This document shows positions 1 to 11,700 of a DNA stretch of 64,000 bases, piece after piece; the stretch's first letter is position 1, and every line of letters starts with the position of its first letter. The translations under genes and the position numbers were made by a program. The notes below the pieces were generated by a model that did no database searches, was not told the origin of the DNA, and saw only the letters and a list, made by a program, of their open reading frames with translations. This stretch comes from a virus. The DNA lies in IMG/VR virus record IMGVR_UViG_3300033978_000437; one strand, 5' to 3'.

Positions 1-816
1 CCTTAAATCTGATTGCGAAGAATTAGCCACAAGTATCGACTTAGGCTTTGTTTCTTGCTTTTTCTGCATCTGTGCTCGAAACTCTTCCATAATCCAATGC
101 AAGCATAACGAATCAAAACCTGCACTATGCATTTGTTCTGGGGAAACATTGTGCTTAGCTATCAATCCATATTGTTCCAAGATTAATGGCAATGACCATT
201 TAATTCCGGCTACTTTTATTCCGATTACTCGTTTAAAGTAACTTTTTAAATCGTCTGACCTATAAGGTAATACGGTTAATCGATAATTAGCACAGTTAGA
301 ATTTGAAGATTCCCATATCTGTGTAGCCTTATAAATGCCACCCACATCAAAGTAATTATCAGAAGGTAGTTCAAAACCTTTGTTTAAGAATCTATTAAAG
401 TTACCACGAAGCAACCTTTCATCTGCGTTCTGCCCATTCTGAGCTACAAATGGAAGATTTCTGTTATTCCATGCGTCAAACAACTTGTAATAGAATTGTA
501 AGGCTTGTAAAGGATTGATGCCTTTTTTCTTCACATAGTCCGGTAGTAGTTGCCAGCCTTCCCCTATGATAGATCGCATGGTATTTAACTTGTAGTCTAA
601 CCAATCTTCTGTGATGGAAGGATGATCATACCAGTTAAGGACAAGACTAAGCTGATCAACAACTTTGCCATCTTCAACTATTGTGTGACCAATCTCCATG
701 ATTAGATCAGTTTGTTCGCTACTCCCAGTAAACTCTGTGTCGAAACACAAATAGCTTTTAGGTAAAGTATTGCCATACTTTGTAGCGAACTCTTGCCCCC
801 ATGCATCAATAATCAT
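1..816 (-). CDS. DEDDh 3'-5' exonuclease (DnaQ-like), truncated at the window edge
   Basis: Hand translation from ATG at 816: MIIDAWGQEFATKYGNTLPKSYLCFDTEFTGSS... ExoI FDTEFTG, ExoII-like AQNGQNADERLL, ExoIII HSAGFDS. The frame stays open to position 1, so it is absent from the ORF track. Confidence 0.75.
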   Translation of the reverse strand, partial: MIIDAWGQEFATKYGNTLPKSYLCFDTEFTGSSEQTDLIMEIGHTIVEDGKVVDQLSLVLNWYDHPSITEDWLDYKLNTMRSIIGEGWQLLPDYVKKKGINPLQALQFYYKLFDAWNNRNLPFVAQNGQNADERLLRGNFNRFLNKGFELPSDNYFDVGGIYKATQIWESSNSNCANYRLTVLPYRSDDLKSYFKRVIGIKVAGIKWSLPLILEQYGLIAKHNVSPEQMHSAGFDSLCLHWIMEEFRAQMQKKQETKPKSILVANSSQSDLR

Positions 817-830
817 TTACAATTACTTTC

Positions 831-1340
831 TTACTTTGATAAGGCCGAAAAGCTAGCGTATATGCGTGCTTTCCATTTAATAAACCAGCGTTGCCATCTG
901 GACATACCAGCGTACTTACGAAAACGTTCAGCATGTTTCATTAAATCACCAATGGTCTGCATTGGACCTTCACTGGCAATCGTGGCTTCTCTTATGCCTG
1001 CATAATGTAGCCCAGCATAACATGTACCAATCATAGCTAGAACAGCTACTTGAGCTCCTGGTTTACATTGGAAGAACTTGCTCTGAGCTAAGCTTTCAAA
1101 CATAGACAAAGTGGGAAAATCAACAGCATTGGCTAGATAACTGCAATAAGCTCCACAAGCTTCGCCTAAATCGTCCATACTTACTTTTTCTCGCCGAAGT
1201 ATTTCTTCCAGCTCGGGCCAACTTTGGTCTTCTAGTCTAGCTGCTACTAGCTCCATAACTTGTTGAAAATTATGAGCAACATCTCTACTTGGGTTATAAA
1301 GTCGGCGATCTTCTGCACTCATTCTAGCTTGTAGTGTCAT
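831..1340 (-). CDS. hypothetical protein (169 aa)
   Basis: ORF track; ATGA overlap with the upstream gene; no recognised motif. Confidence 0.7.
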   Translation of the reverse strand: MTLQARMSAEDRRLYNPSRDVAHNFQQVMELVAARLEDQSWPELEEILRREKVSMDDLGEACGAYCSYLANAVDFPTLSMFESLAQSKFFQCKPGAQVAVLAMIGTCYAGLHYAGIREATIASEGPMQTIGDLMKHAERFRKYAGMSRWQRWFIKWKARIYASFSALSK

Positions 1341-2251
1341 GACTTCCTTTCAGCATCTGCACATGCGATACATACCCCAATATGATCCATTTCTGCAGGA
1401 TTCAAAAAACTTAACTGGTTACACCTTTTACACTTACCCTTTTTATAAGTTAATAGATGCGTTGCCAAAGGACAATTATCTGTACCATAAGGGCAACGAA
1501 AACATTCGTGTGTCTCTGGAAATCCTTTCAAACACGGTGTCTGACTTCTATCTCTCGCCACAATCAGTTGACGATTGTGCGTCATTGTAGCATGACTGTG
1601 TCCAATTTCTATTACAAAAGGGTCTTGCTGCGAGCGTTTTGGGTCAAGTAATAGAAAACATTGCAACCCATAAAATTGTTGGACATCAAAATATAAACCT
1701 TGGCTGCGTTGCTCTCCTCTACTATTTATGCGAGATCTATTAAACCCAAACCCTAACCCTTTGGCATTACGATAAGTTGCCAGATACTGCGTCTTTTTTA
1801 AAGACCAAGTTTGCGTTAACTTCTTAGGAACTACAGTCCCTGCTAAACTTTGAAAAGTAAACGCATTTACAAACTGTTTACCTTGCCTATGTGTGTATAC
1901 ATCACATATGCGTGCTGGCACCCATTCAAAACAAATTTGACGTAGCCACTGCGTAACCGGTCGCTGACAAGCTAAAGCGGGTAGATTCCCAGCCATACGC
2001 CAGCAAGTGGCTACTAATAACTGGCGAGTCAACTCTCTGCCGACTAAGCTTTTCACGCTTGCATGCACTGTAGCTTTAACAATGTTATTCGGTAAAGCAG
2101 TATGCAGCTGGGATACAAAAGATGCAAAATTAGTACCTACTAGTGTAGTACCTATAAATGGGGCTAAAGTTCCAACTAATCTATCTCTAGCCGCCAATAC
2201 TCGTTTGATTGACATCTCCGGTAAAGGAGGATGTACTTCTGCAATAGTCAT
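1337..2251 (-). CDS. hypothetical protein with C-terminal Cys clusters (putative Zn-binding)
   Basis: 304 aa; C-terminal CFRC, CKRC and CIAC motifs. Confidence 0.65.
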   Translation of the reverse strand: MTIAEVHPPLPEMSIKRVLAARDRLVGTLAPFIGTTLVGTNFASFVSQLHTALPNNIVKATVHASVKSLVGRELTRQLLVATCWRMAGNLPALACQRPVTQWLRQICFEWVPARICDVYTHRQGKQFVNAFTFQSLAGTVVPKKLTQTWSLKKTQYLATYRNAKGLGFGFNRSRINSRGEQRSQGLYFDVQQFYGLQCFLLLDPKRSQQDPFVIEIGHSHATMTHNRQLIVARDRSQTPCLKGFPETHECFRCPYGTDNCPLATHLLTYKKGKCKRCNQLSFLNPAEMDHIGVCIACADAERKS

Positions 2252-3066
2252 TCAACCCCTCCATTTTCGTATCTAGTTATTTTTAAATTAAATACTTGAT
2301 GTTCAAGTGATGGAGTAACATTCCCATCTTTCCAAAGAGTTTGTTCAGAGGTTTTACCTATCCCTCGTCTACCATTTCTACCCCCTACATTGATCCTAAC
2401 TACTGCGTTTAATTTTATGTAACTTTTAAGACAACTATCGCAACAGCATTGTACTCCTTTGTGAAACTCACCTACGCTGCCACCTTGCTGCCTTATCAAC
2501 TCTCCTAAAATAGAATCACCACCATTGTGATATAAGTCTGCAAAAGGATAATCCCATTTAGCTAAAAAAGCAGTATCCGCAACCCACCAACCACCTGTGG
2601 CAAATAAAAAAAAGCTACGGTTATTAAATGGTTTTCCTGTAAACCAAGGTTGTTTAACAATTACTTCATGCTGCCGGCCTTGTTGCAACATTCTATGTAA
2701 AGATCCAACTTGAGTATATTGCTGACTCATCGCTAAAGCCTTATCCCACCAATCCGTGTAAGTTGCGTCTAAAAAACTATCGTCGTCAAACCACATTGTT
2801 TTAGCTGCTAACTGTCTATCTTTAAACATCTGTCGCATCAAAGGATACTTGCCTAGGTTTTTGCCATTCTCTTCTTCATAGAGATAAACAGGACAGCTAC
2901 GCATTTGTTTTGTTGCCCAGCCTTCTACATACTCCTTAGTTTCTTTGCTAACTTCATTTAAACCGATACGAATATCTTGTATATGTGCGGTATATCTAAA
3001 AGAACTTAACAAATCCTTCGCCAGATTAAGGTAGTCTCCATACAAGAGTGCGCACACAGAAAACAT
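2248..3066 (-). CDS. GT-A fold glycosyltransferase-like protein
   Basis: WFDDDS DxD motif; shares IGLNEV, KYP-MR-MF, HNGGD and G-RRG with the C-terminal domain of 59416..61377. Confidence 0.65.
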   Translation of the reverse strand: MFSVCALLYGDYLNLAKDLLSSFRYTAHIQDIRIGLNEVSKETKEYVEGWATKQMRSCPVYLYEEENGKNLGKYPLMRQMFKDRQLAAKTMWFDDDSFLDATYTDWWDKALAMSQQYTQVGSLHRMLQQGRQHEVIVKQPWFTGKPFNNRSFFLFATGGWWVADTAFLAKWDYPFADLYHNGGDSILGELIRQQGGSVGEFHKGVQCCCDSCLKSYIKLNAVVRINVGGRNGRRGIGKTSEQTLWKDGNVTPSLEHQVFNLKITRYENGGVE

Positions 3067-3095
3067 AAAATAACTCCTTTTGATGATAGCTAAAA

Positions 3096-3130
3096 AAAAG
3101 GCCCACAGTTGTTATTACTGTGGGCCTTTT
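3096..3130 (-). terminator. intrinsic terminator (possibly bidirectional)
   Basis: AAAAGGCCCACAGT-7 nt-ACTGTGGGCCTTTT perfect inverted repeat with A/T tracts on both sides, just after the stop of 3144..4100. Confidence 0.8.
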
Positions 3131-3143
3131 ATTTTAATTAATG

Positions 3144-4100
3144 TTAGCGGGGGGACCGTCCTCGTAATTGTTTCTTCGTTGTAATAGGAGGCTCATCAAA
3201 TTCATCAATCATTTGAATCGTTTCAGGTAACTCTGGAAGTTCTTCAACTGACTTCTTAGCAGCTGAAGCCATTACATTCTTATTTAGTGGCAGTTGAGCT
3301 TGTTTAATCAAAACACTCTGGGAACGCTCAAGCACTTTGGAAAGCTTTTCCATTGTGCTTACTAATTGGTTTTTGGTTCTACCAATCCGCTCCATGGTGT
3401 TTTTGATGTTGCTCACAAACTGCTCAGACACATCTTGTGGAGGCATTTCCATAAACATACCATCAAGAGGCTCTGCCACTGCTTCCAAGTAGTTGTCAGC
3501 TAATTGGATAGTGGTGTAAATCTTCTGAAGCATCGCAACAGGGGTCTTTGGCAGCTTAGGCTTTCGACCACCAGCCCTCTTTACTTCAGCTTCCTTATTG
3601 CCTTGCAACTCTAAGGCTAGCTCATTTGCGGATAAGCATTCCCTACGCACTTGCTTAAGCAATGCCAACTGTCGCTTTTCAGAGCTAACCTTTTGCAATT
3701 CCTTAAAGTGATTCCACGTCAGATAGCCACCATTGGACATCTTCTCTTCAACCTGTGCTTTAACAAAATCACGGGTAAAAGCAGCCGAGACATTACACAG
3801 ATCATAAATCGTAGCTGGAGTTAAATTAGGCAAGTTCCAATACGCTGCTAACTTTCGTATCTCAATCTTTTTCTGTGCTTCATTCAAATGCTCTTGATTA
3901 AGCAAATTTAAGCATGATGTGCCAATATCATGCTGCACTAACAGTGCAACTTGAAATCCTACTTGAAGCTTTTTCCCAACTTCTAAAGCAATCGCTTGTG
4001 TCGTGGGGTCCATTTCCGAGAAAATGGCTTCTCTATCTTCCTGCTTCTTAACGTCTAACCTTGCTACCTTGTTTGGTGTCACTGATTTTGTCTTACTCAT
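3144..4100 (-). CDS. putative DNA-binding protein, DUF1016/YhcG N-terminal-like region
   Basis: LTWNHFKELQKVSSEKRQLALLKQVRRECLSANEL resembles the LSWSHxxxL...Y...A....WSxREL pattern of DUF1016_N. Confidence 0.45.
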   Translation of the reverse strand: MSKTKSVTPNKVARLDVKKQEDREAIFSEMDPTTQAIALEVGKKLQVGFQVALLVQHDIGTSCLNLLNQEHLNEAQKKIEIRKLAAYWNLPNLTPATIYDLCNVSAAFTRDFVKAQVEEKMSNGGYLTWNHFKELQKVSSEKRQLALLKQVRRECLSANELALELQGNKEAEVKRAGGRKPKLPKTPVAMLQKIYTTIQLADNYLEAVAEPLDGMFMEMPPQDVSEQFVSNIKNTMERIGRTKNQLVSTMEKLSKVLERSQSVLIKQAQLPLNKNVMASAAKKSVEELPELPETIQMIDEFDEPPITTKKQLRGRSPR

Positions 4101-4130
4101 AGTTCGTTCCTTAAAATCTGGATTTTAAAA

Positions 4131-4685
4131 TTATTCTTTCCATGCGAGAACATCTCGTACATGGTCGATGAATCCACTGTACGGCTGTACAATTAGATTC
4201 ATCTCTCTTTTTTTACCGCTTTTAAATACATGACAACTGGCTTGCAGCGGTGCGAACAATTCCCAGTCACCATTATGAATCAACAATCCTTGTAAGAAAC
4301 CCTTCCTTGGGAACACCATACCAATAGGGCGATCTGGATACTTTGCTAACAAAGGTTCCAGTTGTTCTTCGTAGCGTTCCACAAAGGGAAGCCCACGAAA
4401 AGCTTTAAACCAAAAAGGATGAATAGTTCTAGGGTCCCGATGAATTGGAGGAACATTTAATAACGGTTCCGCAAATAGGTACATCGGAAAGTTAACTACT
4501 CGATTATACGCTTCAAAAGAGTAGTAAGGTCCTAGCTCTAGAATTTCTTTTCGTTTCTTTTCTAACTTCAGTCTGCGTAAAGTCCATTCTACTCGATTGG
4601 ATTCCCATTGTTTACCATGTGTATCCACATGCTCAAACTTAGCGATTTTGCTGAGCAGTGGATTTAATGGGTTTATCTTATCCAT
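4131..4685 (-). CDS. hypothetical protein (184 aa)
   Basis: ORF track; 3-bp gap to the RecA-like gene. Confidence 0.7.
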   Translation of the reverse strand: MDKINPLNPLLSKIAKFEHVDTHGKQWESNRVEWTLRRLKLEKKRKEILELGPYYSFEAYNRVVNFPMYLFAEPLLNVPPIHRDPRTIHPFWFKAFRGLPFVERYEEQLEPLLAKYPDRPIGMVFPRKGFLQGLLIHNGDWELFAPLQASCHVFKSGKKREMNLIVQPYSGFIDHVRDVLAWKE

Positions 4686-4688
4686 GGG

Positions 4689-6152
4689 TTACTCCGCTGA
4701 TTTTATGTGTTTAGCCACAATCTCATCATACGGCCTATCCAGCTGGTATCTGCGTTTAATATTCAACGCATCCCGAATGCCTTCGCATACCTTAGGGTTA
4801 TCTTGAATAAGTTGCCCTACTTCTTGAAAGGGCAAATATTCATCTTTACCCATACCTATAGCTCTGAAGTTTGCTAAACATTCCACATCAGCAGCTGGTG
4901 ATTTACATTTAATTACTAATTCACGATCCGTCAACCTTACCTTATGAATTCCATCCATCTCATTCAGCAAGGTACATAGGGCCCAATTCCAGTCCCACAA
5001 GAACATGTCACGAGGGTGACCTGTCTCGGGTTCATCTTCGATCCACCAGAGAAACCTAGTTTTAAGAACACGACCTGTAGGACCAAATGAGTTTTTAGCA
5101 CAATGGATTTTAATGCCTAACCCTTCAAACTGTGCGTTTTTAAACTTAGATTTCCACACCGAATTTCGAAGCTCAAAGCTTTCATGAAAGTTAAAGCTTT
5201 GCCCACCCAGCGTGTATTGATGGGCATTACCTCGGTCATCTGTCTTTTCCTTGAGATGATTAACAATCAAAAGAGTGAAAGGCCAGTTCTCAAACTGTTT
5301 TTTGATGCCAGTCAAATAGTGCGTGTTCTTCAATGCATTGATTGGATGAGTTCGATTCGCATTACCTTCCTTAATAATCTTCTCTTGAATCTCTTCTGAG
5401 GTTGCCCCCGCAAGAGAATCGATACAAAAGCAACATGGGATGGTTTTGCCTGGGCCAGGCTCAGTAGCCGTACCTACCAGCATTTGCTGCACTTCTCTTA
5501 GATAATGCGTGAGGATCTGCTGCATCTGCTCTACAGAGTTTGCTCGGTTAGACAAAATCGGAATAGCATCTCGTTCTACCCGCATGATGTCGCATGCAAA
5601 ATCTGCATCAAATTTATCCTCGGTATCGATATGTACCGCTAAACCTCGTTGCTCGTAGAACCAGCGAAAGAACTCATAAGCCAACGCAGACTTACAGCTA
5701 CCCCAGCTACCTGCAAGCATCATCACACTTGACAATGGGAACACATCATTAGCAATCAAGTATTCAAATGCCAGTGAAGGAGTAGGAATACCAATTGCAA
5801 GTTGTCCTAACTCTTCTCGTGAACCGAACACTCGATCTGCCCCAAACTTATCTCGAGCAGTTGAGAACAATGTGTTCATCATCTCATTACGGCTTTCCCC
5901 GCTCTTCTCTCTAGACCAGCGTGCTCGTAAAGTGTCTTTACCTTTATTAGTTAACTTAACCCCACCCGACAAACCTATAATCTTTTTCTTAGATTCAAGT
6001 ATGTGAGCCATCTTGTGAGGGGGAGGAGCAACGACTTTGGCTTCAGTTGGTTTTTCTTTAGGTTTAGGTTTAGGTTTAACTTTTGAGTGCTCTGCAACTG
6101 GCGGATTTAAAACTGAATCTAGCAAGTCATCTGTCTCATCTGACATAACCAC
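4689..6152 (-). CDS. recA: RecA/UvsX-like recombinase
   Basis: IPTPSLAFEYLIANDVFPL, Walker A GSWGSCKS, HIDTEDKFD, Walker B FCIDSLA, LLIVNHL, TLGGQSFNFH, KNSFGP. Confidence 0.85.
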   Translation of the reverse strand: MVMSDETDDLLDSVLNPPVAEHSKVKPKPKPKEKPTEAKVVAPPPHKMAHILESKKKIIGLSGGVKLTNKGKDTLRARWSREKSGESRNEMMNTLFSTARDKFGADRVFGSREELGQLAIGIPTPSLAFEYLIANDVFPLSSVMMLAGSWGSCKSALAYEFFRWFYEQRGLAVHIDTEDKFDADFACDIMRVERDAIPILSNRANSVEQMQQILTHYLREVQQMLVGTATEPGPGKTIPCCFCIDSLAGATSEEIQEKIIKEGNANRTHPINALKNTHYLTGIKKQFENWPFTLLIVNHLKEKTDDRGNAHQYTLGGQSFNFHESFELRNSVWKSKFKNAQFEGLGIKIHCAKNSFGPTGRVLKTRFLWWIEDEPETGHPRDMFLWDWNWALCTLLNEMDGIHKVRLTDRELVIKCKSPAADVECLANFRAIGMGKDEYLPFQEVGQLIQDNPKVCEGIRDALNIKRRYQLDRPYDEIVAKHIKSAE

Positions 6153-6175
6153 TCCTCAGATTAAATTACATAGAA

Positions 6176-6208
6176 AATAAGAGTGAGGCTGATAACCCCA
6201 CTCTTATT
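6176..6208 (-). terminator. intrinsic terminator-like hairpin
   Basis: AATAAGAGTG...CACTCTTATT 10-bp inverted repeat just downstream of 6229..8079. Confidence 0.6.
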
Positions 6209-6228
6209 GAAATTAACAGTAGTGCCAA

Positions 6229-8079
6229 TTAACGTGGACGCTTTTTCTTAACAGGAGAAGGAGCGGGTGCTTCTTCTTTTGCTGGAATAGGCGCAACTCG
6301 TTTACGGCTTCGAGCCAGTCCTTTCGCTTTGGCCAAGCTGTTGTTCAGCTGGTCATTTAGCGTTTCGCTGGCTTCTTCGTCTTCATCGAAGTCTTTGGAC
6401 TTGCTGTTTTCTTCGTCTTCGTCAACGAAGTCGTCATCGTCTTCGCTGTCTTCGTCTTCGCCGTCTTCTTCGGGGTCAGCTTCTTCGCTGTCGTCGTCTT
6501 CTTCAAGCTCGTCTTCGTCGAATTCTTCGTCACCGAAGTCTTCTTCTTTGGACTTACTTTTGCTGACTTTCGCATTCCCGTTAGATCCGTTGTCAAACTC
6601 ATCATCAGACTCCTCGTCATCCAACTTATCCTCGTCGAGTTCTTCATCAAACTCATCTACGAGTTCTACTGCGGACTTTTTGCCACTGGATGGTTTAGCA
6701 AGGTTAGGGCTGTTGGTAACGCCCGCCTTGGCTGCAACCACCTTTGGTTTAGCCACAGGATTAACCTTTGGATAAACCGGCAATTCCTCCTCACTATCCT
6801 CCTCGACCGCAGCAGCAACCCCCGAGGTCACTACACGGTTGTTTAGGATGGCAGCTACCGCATCGTAATTTAAATACTCTGGGTGGCTCATCCAACCAAA
6901 CTCAAGGAGTCGGGGTATTTGTCGAAATGCTTTCGCAATCAACACGCACCTTTCTTCAATCGTTGGCTCATGCAGCAGATAAGAATCAGCAGGGTCACCT
7001 GCATTTTCTTTCCACAAGAACACATTCTTACTAAGAATGTGATCCACTTGCTCACTGTTCAAGTCTGGAGTCAAAACTCCAGTAGGACCTGAATACTTCG
7101 TGGACACTGCTGCTTCGTATTCCACAGCCATCTTGCTGGTTGCACCACCTGCAAATGTACTGTGCTTTTCTATTACTGTTTGAGTAGGGTTATAAATCGT
7201 AAAGAATAACCCACCTTTAACAGTTCCTGTTTTAGCATCAAAGATGCCAGTAGGATCACCATACTTAAATGGAAGGGAAGGATTTGCTAGTTCATCCCCT
7301 GTCCAGTCTTGTTTTTCAATACAGCAAAGCTTCAGTAGGTTTCTACCGGCAGACACAGACAAGGGGAGCACAACCAGTGGATCATTCTCGCCTTCGCCTA
7401 ATGGTATCCCATTTCTTGGGATATCTTTTGACACTTCCTTGCCTTGTTGCTTGTACGAGATGTGTTCTCGTAAAAGGTCAAGCGAATCACCATTCTCGTA
7501 CACAGAAGCAATTACAAAGTACTTCTGAGTGAAAGCCCCAAGTGCTGGCATTTTAGCACTCATTAAGCCATTCCAACGAGGATCGTAAACACCACCATAG
7601 CCAAAGTCTTTACCTTCAAATGCCTTCTTTACTGTCATGTAAAGCTTTACATATGGCTCGTTCCAGAAAGTTACACCTTCGTAAACAGAACTCTTATTTC
7701 TCGCAATGATGTAACTGCATTGTTGAAACTCTCCATTACCACCGAAGTGTGGAGTGTCTCTTTTAATACCAGCATACTGGATAGTGTAAGCAGGTTCTGA
7801 TATAGACATACCACCAAGTCCCGCCATATCAATGGCAGATAGCCTACCATTCAACAGCTTGTTACTTGGATCTTCTGGATCCAACATAGGCCACACACGC
7901 AACACTGTTTTGCCACCGGTGTAGCAGCGCAAATTCTCAAGTCTCACACTGGTAAGACTTGGATTGATGCACACATTACCCATAGGAACTCCCCTACGAG
8001 TTGTGTCTTCCTTGGCAGGATCCATCTGCCTATTTAAGGAAGCTAAGGTGCGGGGAACTAACGATCTTTGCTTACGCAT
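6229..8079 (-). CDS. putative ssDNA-binding protein with long acidic tail
   Basis: 616 aa; N-terminal GGKTVLRVWP (gp32-like xIRFLP segment); about 100-aa D/E tract; sits next to recA in the replication operon. Confidence 0.45.
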   Translation of the reverse strand: MRKQRSLVPRTLASLNRQMDPAKEDTTRRGVPMGNVCINPSLTSVRLENLRCYTGGKTVLRVWPMLDPEDPSNKLLNGRLSAIDMAGLGGMSISEPAYTIQYAGIKRDTPHFGGNGEFQQCSYIIARNKSSVYEGVTFWNEPYVKLYMTVKKAFEGKDFGYGGVYDPRWNGLMSAKMPALGAFTQKYFVIASVYENGDSLDLLREHISYKQQGKEVSKDIPRNGIPLGEGENDPLVVLPLSVSAGRNLLKLCCIEKQDWTGDELANPSLPFKYGDPTGIFDAKTGTVKGGLFFTIYNPTQTVIEKHSTFAGGATSKMAVEYEAAVSTKYSGPTGVLTPDLNSEQVDHILSKNVFLWKENAGDPADSYLLHEPTIEERCVLIAKAFRQIPRLLEFGWMSHPEYLNYDAVAAILNNRVVTSGVAAAVEEDSEEELPVYPKVNPVAKPKVVAAKAGVTNSPNLAKPSSGKKSAVELVDEFDEELDEDKLDDEESDDEFDNGSNGNAKVSKSKSKEEDFGDEEFDEDELEEDDDSEEADPEEDGEDEDSEDDDDFVDEDEENSKSKDFDEDEEASETLNDQLNNSLAKAKGLARSRKRVAPIPAKEEAPAPSPVKKKRPR

Positions 8080-8755
8080 TTGTAAAACCTTTCAAAAGGG
8101 AAACAACACGGGTGTGTATCTCATTGCCAATTACCGCAATTGACAAAAGTTGAGAACCACCCATACAGTCAACTATCTCAAACCTAGTCTTCGGATGATA
8201 ATCCATTAAATCCGATGTGTAGAAAGATCTAACTTTCTCTAGATACACTTCATCTTCTTCGTGAAGATCTTTCGGTTTAGCAGTGTAACCACGGACATTT
8301 TTTTGTGCAATGTTTTTAATTGCAAAAGATGTGGGAACATCCAAAAAAAACATTACATCTGGAACTGGCATCTGCCATAAGCCATATTCCAATTTAACAA
8401 AATGCTTGATTAGTTCATCTCGTTCTCCTTCCTCCGTTTTCATTGCGGAATAACACAATGCTGAAGGTATGTAACGATCTGCAATAACCACATCGTTGTT
8501 TTTAATTAACGATTCTAGGTATGATTTAGATTCGTAGCGGTCAATGGAAAATAAAGTGCTGTGTAGGTAAGGATGTGTGTTTTTTCCAAAATCACCATTC
8601 AGATACCGACCTACTAACTTTCCATAAAGAGTATCTGTGTACCTAGGAAAACTAATCGTTTCAACAGTCAAGCCTACTTCCTGCAAGCTTGACTGCAATG
8701 CCTTGGTTACAGAACCCTTGCCCGATCCATCAATGCCTTCGATTACGACAAACAT
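8072..8755 (-). CDS. tmk: thymidylate (dTMP) kinase
   Basis: FVVIEGIDGSGKGS P-loop, ISFPRY, IADRY, PDVMFFLDVP. Confidence 0.92.
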   Translation of the reverse strand: MFVVIEGIDGSGKGSVTKALQSSLQEVGLTVETISFPRYTDTLYGKLVGRYLNGDFGKNTHPYLHSTLFSIDRYESKSYLESLIKNNDVVIADRYIPSALCYSAMKTEEGERDELIKHFVKLEYGLWQMPVPDVMFFLDVPTSFAIKNIAQKNVRGYTAKPKDLHEEDEVYLEKVRSFYTSDLMDYHPKTRFEIVDCMGGSQLLSIAVIGNEIHTRVVSLLKGFTNA

Positions 8756-8771
8756 TACAATACTCTTTTAT

Positions 8772-11700
8772 TTAATCAGGTTTACTGTAATTGACAACAC
8801 AACTTTCAACTCCACCAACTCCAACCGGCAATCCAAGTTCTCGAGCCTCTGCTGCTGTTAAAAGTTCACCCCAATGCTTTACCACTTCCATTTCAATGCC
8901 CAGATAATAGGGACCAGCTCCAGTAGGTAGCCCATCTAAACTAGAAGGGTAGATTGGAACTGCATCACGCATAAAAGTCGGCAAAACATATTCACACACA
9001 TGCTTAACATGTTCGTAAGGAACTTCAAGCAACACGGCATCGTGAATTTGCAACAAGACTTTGAATAGGTCTCGTCCTTGCTTCAACTGCTTTTCCTTGT
9101 AATCGTGGATATAAGCTAAAGCACGGCTGACCGCTGATGCAATCATGGATTGAATCGGGTAGTTCATGGCTTGTCTTTCAAACTCACCCGCCAACCCTCG
9201 GTCAAAGTTGGCATCTGGAAATCTACGAAACCTACCATAGCAATTGCATAAGTAACGACCAGCCACTGTAGTGCCGGTCAGTGGGTCTATGTAGTCTCCA
9301 GTTGCACGCTGTTTGCATTCGTTGAAAAACGGACTTAACCTTGGATACATTAGAAAAATTGCATCGATGACTGCTTGTGCTTCATCTACTTCAATTTCGA
9401 TACCTTGTTCTTTTGCTGCGATAGCAATTGCTTTAGGACCTCGACCATAGGCAATACCGAAGATTACAGATTTGGCCACGATCCTAATATGCTTCTTGCC
9501 GATAGCGGCTAACCCGCTTTTTGTCGGAGGACAAGTTAGTTTAAATGCAAAACAAGCTACTTGACTGTGTATGTCATAGTAATCTGGATGAGTTTCAGGC
9601 AGTTGATTTCGCAACGCATGTTTAATCATATTTTCGTCACCAGACATAACCGCCATACCAAATAGCTCTGCACCTACATAATCTGCCTCTACCATCACAT
9701 GACCAGGTGAAGCCTTTAAAACACTACGCAAAGTGTATTTGTAATCTTCAGCCCCAAGTAATCGTTTGTAGTCGGGATCTCTCTGCTTACTAATATTTTG
9801 TAAGTTAGGGCGAGCACTAGACCACCTTCCAGTTTCCTTGGTTTGATAGACATGAGTACGAACTTTGCCATCGTCACAGCATAAAGAAGCAAGACCATCA
9901 TCATACTCTAGGTTGCCGTCATCATCGTACATGGACTCTTCTGTTGCATCATCACACGCTGGAGGATGTAACACAGTCTTAAGCACTTGATCTAAAAAGC
10001 GGTAATCACGCAGCTGATTTATTAGCTTTGCTTTACCCTCGTTAGTAGTTGATTGAGCTAACAGAGATAAAATCAGTTTGTTAGTAGACGGAGCATGCTC
10101 CGCCATCCTACCTGACTTTTTAACTTCACTCCATGGCTTGGGTGGTTTACTTGTGTCAAACAATGGATCTAAGTTTAAGCTAACTGCACCCTCTGGTCGC
10201 AATCTTATTACATCTCCAGTCTTCTTATCTTTCTTACCATTAAGAAGATGACCATAAAGTAATTCTCGCACATGCTGTGTAGACCTAATGTTAAACTCAG
10301 GCCACTTGATTTCTGTGCGTATCTTTACTTCAAGTGTATTCTTTGCGTTCATAAATCGCTTGGTTAAAAAATCAATACGATCTTTGTCCACAGTAATTCC
10401 GGTGCGATGTATCTCCAACACTGCAGGAGTTGCTATTTGAGATTCCCAGAATGCTTCTCGACAGTTATTACCTTCGTAATCCTCGTCAAGTAACACAGCT
10501 AGTTTGTAAAACAAACGCAAAGTAACATCAGCATCGTACATACCATAAGGCAGCAAAATTTCATCGGGACATTCACCATATCCGTCTAGATCCGCATTCA
10601 TTATACCTTTTGATTTGCAGTAAGATATCTTCCAATGCTGCAACTCTTTATCATATCTCGGTGCAGAAGTATAACGCATTGCCAGAGTTTCCAGCTTATA
10701 GCTAGCTGTCTCCTCAATAGCATGTGTCATCAAACCTGTATCTGCACCGCCCTCAAACTTAGTGCGATACCACGCAGGTACTATTTCTTCTTCTGTAAAC
10801 CCTTCTTTCTGATAAAGTTTAAACAACTTCTTATCCGCATTTTCTGCCTTCATCTCGTAGTCAAACAATTGGCAAGAGAAACAAGCTTGGATGTTGATTC
10901 CATAATCTAACAACCACTCTAAGTCTGCATTGAAGAAATGACCAACAACTCGTTTACGCCTAAACTTAATTTCTTTGATCTCTTCGGCATCTTTGTATTT
11001 AAAGACACCACCAAGAAAGAACATGTTTAGAAGTTTAAGAGTTTTGTCGGGTAACTGCCTTGCTCTGCTAGTAGCAAAACCGGGAGTCATCTCACCCCCA
11101 GCCTCGTGAAACTTGATACCAAGTGCTTTCTTCTCGTACCAAGAAATCTGCATAGTTCGCATGTAAGCATTTTTATTAATAGGATGCTTTCCATGCCACT
11201 CTGCATCTACTGCAATCAAGCTGTCTCTCTTGTCCTCGTCCTTCTCAATGCTGATGAGTTGTTGTAATAAATCCCAATGGTTGTCCACCACTCTATGATC
11301 TATTACTTCTGAAGCTCCAATCGTTACTCCCTTAGTTAAAGCGATGAAACGAGATATTCCGTTTTCTAACTGCCTACCCGCAGATTGATCTCGAAGCACT
11401 TGTCTAGGGTGAACTACAGTCATGACCTGTGCTTCTTTCCAATGCTGCTCTTGGTCTCTAGCAGTAAAGGCAACATTGTAGCGTAGTTTTTCTACTCTAC
11501 CTTCCATCTCGCCTACACCCGCCGTACCTCCAAGCAAAGCTTTACTAACATCGGCACCTAGACAAAGAATGTACTTGGGCTGCACAATCTTTATCTCTTG
11601 ATAGAGCAGATGCATACAGTCTTTAATCCAGACTGCTTTCAATGTAGTTTTGTAATCTGGAGGACAAAATTTAACTAAATTCGTTACATAAAATTTAGTT

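Noticed and set aside
6329-6775. Poly-Ser + strand ORF and Lys/Thr-rich minus ORF 6357..6656
   Set aside because: Shadow frames of the acidic D/E tract of 6229..8079.
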